This document shows positions 58,351 to 64,000 of a stretch of 64,000 nucleotides of DNA, piece after piece. The notes under the pieces were generated by a model. The model did no database searches. It saw only the letters and a list, made by a program, of their open reading frames with translations, and was not told the DNA's origin. The first letter of the stretch is position 1; each line of letters begins with the position of its first letter. The stretch spans positions 32,001 to 96,000 of the forward strand of contig JAWXAQ010000012.1 of NCBI GenBank assembly GCA_034439575.1, given 5' to 3'. This DNA is from Leptospira sp. (GTDB taxonomy: Bacteria; Spirochaetota; Leptospiria; Leptospirales; Leptospiraceae). Both the position numbers and the translations under genes were made by a program.

Positions 58351-58824
58351 ATGGCAGTGCAAAAATTGGAAGGCTCTCGGATCGGAAATGGACAAAAACA
58401 TTGTGTCATCGTTTCTAAGTTTAATGAATTTATAACTGAAAGTTTACTAAAGGGGGCACTGGATGCCTTTCGTCAACATGGTGTGTCTGAATCTGATGTG
58501 ACTATCATATATGTACCAGGTGCCTTTGAACTACCAGCCACAGTTTCAAAAGTATTGAACTCAAAAAAATATTCTTTTTCCTCAGTCATCTGTTTGGGTG
58601 CCGTGATTCGTGGTGCCACTTCACATTATGATTTGGTTGCAGGGGAAGCCGCAAAAGTCGGAGCACTTTCTATTTCGACCCAAACTCCTGTTATTTTTGG
58701 CGTGATTACTACGGAAACCATTGAACAAGCAATCGAACGAGCTGGTACTAAGGCCGGAAACAAGGGTTACGAAGCCGCAACCACTGCGATCGAAATGGCA
58801 AATCTCTTTAAAGAGATCGGATGA
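58351..58824 (+). CDS. ribH: 6,7-dimethyl-8-ribityllumazine synthase
   Basis: [34 protein letters not shown]. Confidence 0.97.
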   Translation: MAVQKLEGSRIGNGQKHCVIVSKFNEFITESLLKGALDAFRQHGVSESDVTIIYVPGAFELPATVSKVLNSKKYSFSSVICLGAVIRGATSHYDLVAGEAAKVGALSISTQTPVIFGVITTETIEQAIERAGTKAGNKGYEAATTAIEMANLFKEIG

Positions 58825-59270
58825 GTAGCAGACATAGAGGCAGATCTCTTGCCCTAATGTGCCTCTACCAAATTGATTTGGTAGGAACCGATCCAGACCG
58901 AGCGATGAAATTCGACTGGTATGACAAAAAAATCACCAAAGATGAAAAGGAATACGCCGTCTTTCTTGTGAAAGGAGTGGTGGAAAAGCGAGCTTTGATC
59001 GATAATCTAATCAAGAAGTATTCCGAGAACTGGGAATTATCGCGGATCTCCGTGGTGAATCGTTGCATTCTTCGGTTGTCGATCTTGAGTTTGCAAAAGG
59101 AACCCTTCCTTGCGGGGCCTGTTGTTATCAACGAGGCAGTTGAGTTAACGAAAGAATTCGAAACGGAGGAGTCAGCACATTTCATCAACGGTTTGTTAGA
59201 TGCATTCTACAAAAAAGAGATCTTAGCGAAACAAAAGCTAGGTGAGAATGGACCCGATCCAAAAAAATAG
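58821..59270 (+). CDS. nusB: transcription antitermination factor NusB
   Basis: RHRGRSLA...[21 protein letters not shown]...FINGLLD; follows ribH. Confidence 0.96.
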   Translation: MSSRHRGRSLALMCLYQIDLVGTDPDRAMKFDWYDKKITKDEKEYAVFLVKGVVEKRALIDNLIKKYSENWELSRISVVNRCILRLSILSLQKEPFLAGPVVINEAVELTKEFETEESAHFINGLLDAFYKKEILAKQKLGENGPDPKK

Positions 59271-61362
59271 ATTTAGATTTGAAGACGACTACAAAAGTTC
59301 TCAACCAAGTTATTACAAGGAAGACCCATATTTACGTAGGCTTGATGAAAAAGAACAAGAATCTACTTACGCATCACGTAATGAAACAAACAAACCTGTT
59401 CTAAATTTTCTATTTTGGGCAACTCTTATCATTTTACTTGCTGTTGTATGTACAGGAGCAGTATACTATTTTTACTACTATAAAAAAACAAATCCAGATA
59501 TGGTGGCAAGGTCTCTGCCAAACATTTCCGGTGATAAAAAGTCTCTCGAACTTTTATTAGATAAATCCTATCTTCCAAAAGATTCTGTAAATCCAGGTCT
59601 TGCCAATTGTTTAAACTCATATTATGATCGTTATGTGAATAAGGCTTTTCGTGTTTGTGAAGAGTTTTTAAATACGCCTGGAACCGATGAAGATAAATCC
59701 ATTGCCCTTACTGTAATCGGTGTGATGTTTGATGAAGCGGGAAGATACACAAGTGCTATCGAAAGATTAGAGAAGGCAAGTCAATATGATCAAAAAAATT
59801 ATTTTGCATATTATAATTTAGCTCTAGCATTTAAACATTCTGGAAAATTTGAAGAAGCACGCAAAGCGGCCGCTAAAGCAAAAGAGATCGCTCCCAATGA
59901 TGCAAGAATCGCCTTATTAACTGGAAATCTCTACCAAGAGATCGGTGATCCGAAAGCGGCCATCGAAGCATATAAAGAAGGGCAATCTTTGGCACCGAGT
60001 GATCCTGTCCTCACTTACAATTTAGCGATCAGTTATTATAAAGATGGCAAAATACCAGAGGCGATTGAAGAATTTCAAAAAGTGATACAAGTCGCCCCAA
60101 ACTCTAATGCGGCTGCTCTCGCCTATGGTCACTTAGGCTCTATTTATTATGCTAGAGAAGATTATGATAGATCCGAATATTTTTTTCGCGAAGTTAGTCG
60201 CCTTAAACCAAGCGATGCTAAAAACTATTACAACTTAGGCCTTATACAATTAAAGAAAAAGAATTCCGAGGAAGCCGCACGTTATTTTCAAAAAGCCTTG
60301 GATTCAGGGGCCAATGAGCCAGAAGTATATAGATATATCTCTGAGGCCTTTGTTTCTATGGGGCAAAGTTCGCTTGCGATCCAAGCTTTAAAAAAAGCCC
60401 TAATCCTAAAACCAAATGATATTGATTCACTCTTTGCACTCTCTGAGTTGTATTATAAAAAGGGTGAGTTAGTGGAGGCTGAAGGACTTTTCAGAAGAAT
60501 CATTCGCCTAACTCCTGGGGATGCTTATTCGGAAACAGCATATGTGAATTTAGGCATTATACTTGATGAAATGGAAAGATTTGGGGATTCCATCGAAGCT
60601 TTTGAAGCGGCGATTGCCCTCAATCCCAAAAACCAATCTGCAAGGTATAACTTGGGTTTGGCGTATTTACATGCAGGTATGCCAACAAAAGCCATTGAGA
60701 GTTTAAGGAAATCTACAGCCATAGATCCAAATCATATTCCAAGTCGGCTTGCCATTGCTGATTATTATTTAGAAAATAAATATTTCCGTGAAGCCATATC
60801 TGAGTATGAAGAAGTATTGTCCGAAAAATCGGAAGTAAATGAAGCCAGACTAAAATTAGCAGAAGCTTATATTCAAAATAAAAATTTTGAAGCGGCAGAA
60901 AAACATTTGGTCTTTGTCTTAAATCATTCCCGTGACGGAAAAGAAATCAAATTAGCACATCGAAAATTGGCACTTACGTATGCCGCAAACGGAAATAGCG
61001 GATCTTCGAATAAAGCCAAAGAAGAAGCATTTAGGGCATCGCATATTGATCCAGAAGATATGGAATCAAAATTGGTATTATCAAAAATTTTAATTGATAC
61101 AGGTTCATTAGTTGATAGAGAAAAAGCAATTGATGAATTGAATGTGATCATTCGTTCTGATGTGGCACCGACTCTCCTTGCAAAAGCTCATAATTATTTG
61201 GGTGTTTGTTATTTCAAAAATGGTGAATTCAAACGTGCTATGAGTGAATTTCAAATGGCAGTCGATATTTCACCTAGTCTAACAGAAGCATACGAAAATA
61301 AAAGAGCGGCTAGGGCACAGTATGAAAAATCTTTAGAATCAAAAAAACGGACTTATTTTTGA
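59248..61362 (+). CDS. membrane-anchored multi-TPR protein
   Basis: One TM then many TPR repeats (AYYNLA, YNLG, ALxLxP). Confidence 0.9.
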   Translation: MDPIQKNRFRFEDDYKSSQPSYYKEDPYLRRLDEKEQESTYASRNETNKPVLNFLFWATLIILLAVVCTGAVYYFYYYKKTNPDMVARSLPNISGDKKSLELLLDKSYLPKDSVNPGLANCLNSYYDRYVNKAFRVCEEFLNTPGTDEDKSIALTVIGVMFDEAGRYTSAIERLEKASQYDQKNYFAYYNLALAFKHSGKFEEARKAAAKAKEIAPNDARIALLTGNLYQEIGDPKAAIEAYKEGQSLAPSDPVLTYNLAISYYKDGKIPEAIEEFQKVIQVAPNSNAAALAYGHLGSIYYAREDYDRSEYFFREVSRLKPSDAKNYYNLGLIQLKKKNSEEAARYFQKALDSGANEPEVYRYISEAFVSMGQSSLAIQALKKALILKPNDIDSLFALSELYYKKGELVEAEGLFRRIIRLTPGDAYSETAYVNLGIILDEMERFGDSIEAFEAAIALNPKNQSARYNLGLAYLHAGMPTKAIESLRKSTAIDPNHIPSRLAIADYYLENKYFREAISEYEEVLSEKSEVNEARLKLAEAYIQNKNFEAAEKHLVFVLNHSRDGKEIKLAHRKLALTYAANGNSGSSNKAKEEAFRASHIDPEDMESKLVLSKILIDTGSLVDREKAIDELNVIIRSDVAPTLLAKAHNYLGVCYFKNGEFKRAMSEFQMAVDISPSLTEAYENKRAARAQYEKSLESKKRTYF

Positions 61363-62159
61363 ATCTTTTTGATTTTGTCCCACATCCGGTTTTTCCGGAA
61401 ACGTATCATATTTGCAAACAAACTGGAATCTTAAAATATCTTTTAGCCGAAAACAGAGTTTATGGTGAATCCTATTTTATGGAAGAGTACCAAGCTCAGT
61501 ACAAAAAAACTTATTACGAGGATGAGAAAAATCTACGCAGTATGGCCGTTAGACGTCTAGGGGTGATTCAGGACTTTTTTAATTCGACTTTAGTAAATAA
61601 ATCGTTATTAGAAATTGGATCTGCCGCAGGTTTTTTTTTGGATGAAGCAAAAAAACTTGGTTTCCAAACGAAGGGATATGAACTATCAGCGAATGAAGTT
61701 GAATATTCTAAAAACAAACTAAAGTTAGATGTAGAAAAAAAATCAATACTCGATATAACGACTTCCACTTATACAAATTCGTTTGATGTCATCGCAGCAT
61801 TTTTTGTCGTAGAACATATATCTGAAATAGAAGCCTTGTGGGAAAGATTCGGTACTTGGTTAAAGACTGGTGGAGTAATTTATTTAGCAGTTCCCAGTTT
61901 TTTTGGTCCGACATTTAAAACCAATCCAAACGAATGGTTTCGCACTCACCCCAAAGATCACTTTTATGACTACGATCTTGGTTCTTTGAAAAAACTCTTG
62001 TCAAACCTTGGCTTTCATTTGAGATATGCTAGACCCATGTCTTATCACCCGAAACGGGATCTAGGTCTACGCGGGAGTCTTCCCGACTGGGCTTACAGAT
62101 TTTATTCCAATCTGACTTGCTATGGTGACACTATAGAAGTTGCGTTTCAAAAAAAATAA
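61359..62159 (+). CDS. class I SAM-dependent methyltransferase
   Basis: LLEIGSAAGFF, FDVIAAFFVVEHI, LKTGG. Confidence 0.9.
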   Translation: MNLFDFVPHPVFPETYHICKQTGILKYLLAENRVYGESYFMEEYQAQYKKTYYEDEKNLRSMAVRRLGVIQDFFNSTLVNKSLLEIGSAAGFFLDEAKKLGFQTKGYELSANEVEYSKNKLKLDVEKKSILDITTSTYTNSFDVIAAFFVVEHISEIEALWERFGTWLKTGGVIYLAVPSFFGPTFKTNPNEWFRTHPKDHFYDYDLGSLKKLLSNLGFHLRYARPMSYHPKRDLGLRGSLPDWAYRFYSNLTCYGDTIEVAFQKK

Positions 62160-62162
62160 ATT

Positions 62163-63746
62163 ATGAAATTTACCGAATTACCATTCCACGAATCCATTCA
62201 GAAAGCCTTAGATAAAATCGGTTATTCTGAACTCACTCCTATCCAAACAAAAGCGATCCCCTTTGCCATGGAAGGTAAAGATGTTACTGGACTTGCCCAG
62301 ACTGGAACTGGCAAGACGATGGCGTTTTTACTTCCCACCTTGCACCGGTTACTTTCTAGCGAAGAAGTAGAACCATTGCCATATGCTCTTGTGCTTGCCC
62401 CGACAAGAGAGCTCACAATACAAATTGGCGAGGAGGCAAAAAAACTTTTACAATTCACAGACTATGGTGTCGCTACTATCATTGGTGGTACAGATTACCG
62501 TTCCCAAGAAGAAGCATTAGGAAACAAAGCTTGCATCATTGTTGCGACTCCAGGAAGACTCATTGATTTTGTGAAAAATCACGGATTATCTTTGGATGCG
62601 ATCAAAGTTGTGATCTTAGATGAAGCTGATAGAATGTTTGATATGGGATTTGTTATGGATCTCAAATATATTTTTCATAAATGTAAAAACAGAAAACAAA
62701 GTTTATTGTTCAGTGCTACTCTGAGTTATGAAGTAGTTCGACTTGCCAGTAAATATTTGATTGATCCGATCGAAGTTCATATCAATCCAGAAAAAGTAAT
62801 CACAGAACGTATAGATCAAACTTTGTTACACTTAGGAAGAGATGAAAAACTTCCTTATCTCGTCAATTCATTGTTAAACTATCCCATCGAAGGTCTAGGA
62901 ATCATTTTTACAAATTACAAAATGAACATTCCAAAGATTGTTGCCTGTTTGCGTAAATTCGGAATCACAGCAACTGGTTTATCTTCTGAACTAGACCAAA
63001 AAAAACGAATACGTTTGTTACGCGACTTCAAAGCTGGCAAATATAAATATCTGATTGCTACAGATGTTGCCTCTCGTGGAATCGATATTGAAAATATTGA
63101 TGTAGTTTATAATTATGATCTTCCGCAAGACGCTGAAAATTATGTGCATAGAATTGGACGAACTGCACGTGCGGGGAGAAAGGGAAGTTCCATTGGATTT
63201 TGTTCAGAGTCAGACTATACTGAGCTTGAAAGAATTGAAAAATATTTAAATTCAAAATTGCCAGTAGCAGAAGTTAACGATTCTTATTTGGAATTTCCAA
63301 AAGGTGAATTTACCCCAGTTTTTCCAGAAGAAGTCATACCTGGCGAAAAGAAATACTCCGACAGGGAGAGAGGTGGCAAACGGGACAAACCCAGTCGCGC
63401 AGGTCGTTCTGAAGGTCGTGATACCGCAAGAGACAGGGATCGTAAAAAACCTCAGCATCCACCGGCTAAAATGGCGCACCCACATCATGTTGAGGGGCAT
63501 ACCCATCCGCATTCCAAATCCGAAAGACCGAAGTCCGATGAATCAAGATCGGCAAAAAAACACAATGATAAAGCGCCGCAGAAAAAGCACCACAAAACAC
63601 CTAACCAGGATAAAAACACTCAAAACAAGTCAACCAATCCAAACGATCCTAGAAGAAATCTTTTTAACAAGGATGTAGAAAAAAATTCTAATAAAAAGAA
63701 AAAATCACTTTGGAAAAAGATCATTTCCATTTTCAAAAAAGATTAA
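62163..63746 (+). CDS. DEAD-box ATP-dependent RNA helicase
   Basis: Q motif, AQTGTGKT, PTREL, DEAD, SAT, HRIGRTAR; basic disordered tail. Confidence 0.96.
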   Translation: MKFTELPFHESIQKALDKIGYSELTPIQTKAIPFAMEGKDVTGLAQTGTGKTMAFLLPTLHRLLSSEEVEPLPYALVLAPTRELTIQIGEEAKKLLQFTDYGVATIIGGTDYRSQEEALGNKACIIVATPGRLIDFVKNHGLSLDAIKVVILDEADRMFDMGFVMDLKYIFHKCKNRKQSLLFSATLSYEVVRLASKYLIDPIEVHINPEKVITERIDQTLLHLGRDEKLPYLVNSLLNYPIEGLGIIFTNYKMNIPKIVACLRKFGITATGLSSELDQKKRIRLLRDFKAGKYKYLIATDVASRGIDIENIDVVYNYDLPQDAENYVHRIGRTARAGRKGSSIGFCSESDYTELERIEKYLNSKLPVAEVNDSYLEFPKGEFTPVFPEEVIPGEKKYSDRERGGKRDKPSRAGRSEGRDTARDRDRKKPQHPPAKMAHPHHVEGHTHPHSKSERPKSDESRSAKKHNDKAPQKKHHKTPNQDKNTQNKSTNPNDPRRNLFNKDVEKNSNKKKKSLWKKIISIFKKD

Positions 63747-64000
63747 TATGCCACATTGTAGGTTTACTTTTTGTAAGCCTACCTTTGTTTGGTGAGACAG
63801 TCAAGCTTCCGTTATATGGAAAAAGTAATTATGTTTCTTACAATGATCTAACTCCAAATTTTCCAGAATTAAGCACTTCTCATAAAAAATCTACATTAGT
63901 TACTTCGATTTTTACACCCCAAGGAAAATTAATTTTCCGAATTGGTACAAGTTTTTATACAATAGAAGAAAAGATTATTAAGATTCCGAAACCTCCATTA
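63710..64000 (+). CDS. 3'-truncated exported protein, possibly the N-terminus of an N-acetylmuramoyl-L-alanine amidase
   Basis: TTG 63710, open to the window end (EKDHFHFQKRLICHIVGLLFVSLPLFGETV...GKLIFRIGTSFY); signal-peptide-like. The catalytic domain is not in the window, so the product call rests on recall of Leptospira gene order. Confidence 0.5.
   Translation, partial: MEKDHFHFQKRLICHIVGLLFVSLPLFGETVKLPLYGKSNYVSYNDLTPNFPELSTSHKKSTLVTSIFTPQGKLIFRIGTSFYTIEEKIIKIPKPPL

Noticed and set aside
58128-58409. 93-aa minus ORF and the other short antisense or nested ORFs in the track
   Set aside because: Shadows of well-supported genes on the opposite strand or in another frame.
1-64000. tRNA, rRNA, CRISPR array, prophage or anti-phage defence genes
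   Set aside because: No cloverleaf/T-loop signatures, repeat-spacer arrays, integrase, phage structural genes or defence-type domains were recognised by eye.

Overview
AT-rich chromosomal window from a Leptospira. The genus call rests on spirochaetal lipoboxes, DUF1577- and DUF1554-like proteins, 7TM-DISM sensors and a Lig-type C-terminal domain. A saprophyte-like lineage is my inference from the look of the core genes and is unverified. About 1-47 kb is accessory-type DNA. It holds a frameshifted, minimal (one Big domain) LigB/LigC-like lipoprotein gene followed by two Bor-like lipoproteins, a HAMP-SpoIIE phosphatase and a TPR protein. Next is a signalling island with four membrane-anchored AraC regulators, one soluble AraC, a SiaB/SiaC-like kinase/STAS pair, PAS-GGDEF-EAL, a 7TM-DISM kinase-REC-GGDEF hybrid and an MCP. 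A recurring 22-bp palindromic box lies in its intergenic regions. Further on are an ArsR operator module, a SnoaL-like pseudogene, a cluster of two MenA-like prenyltransferases + ABC exporter + lycopene-cyclase-domain protein + SDR, an IS1595 remnant, and a HemN-like radical SAM enzyme coupled to a CoA-disulfide-reductase/rhodanese homologue that lacks its catalytic cysteines. From about 47.4 kb the window is core genome (purL, Fur, mutL, ECF sigma, hpf, GH57, SET, ribH, nusB, TPR, methyltransferase, DEAD-box helicase). I saw no rRNA, tRNA or CRISPR array. All homology calls are motif recognition by eye, not database searches.
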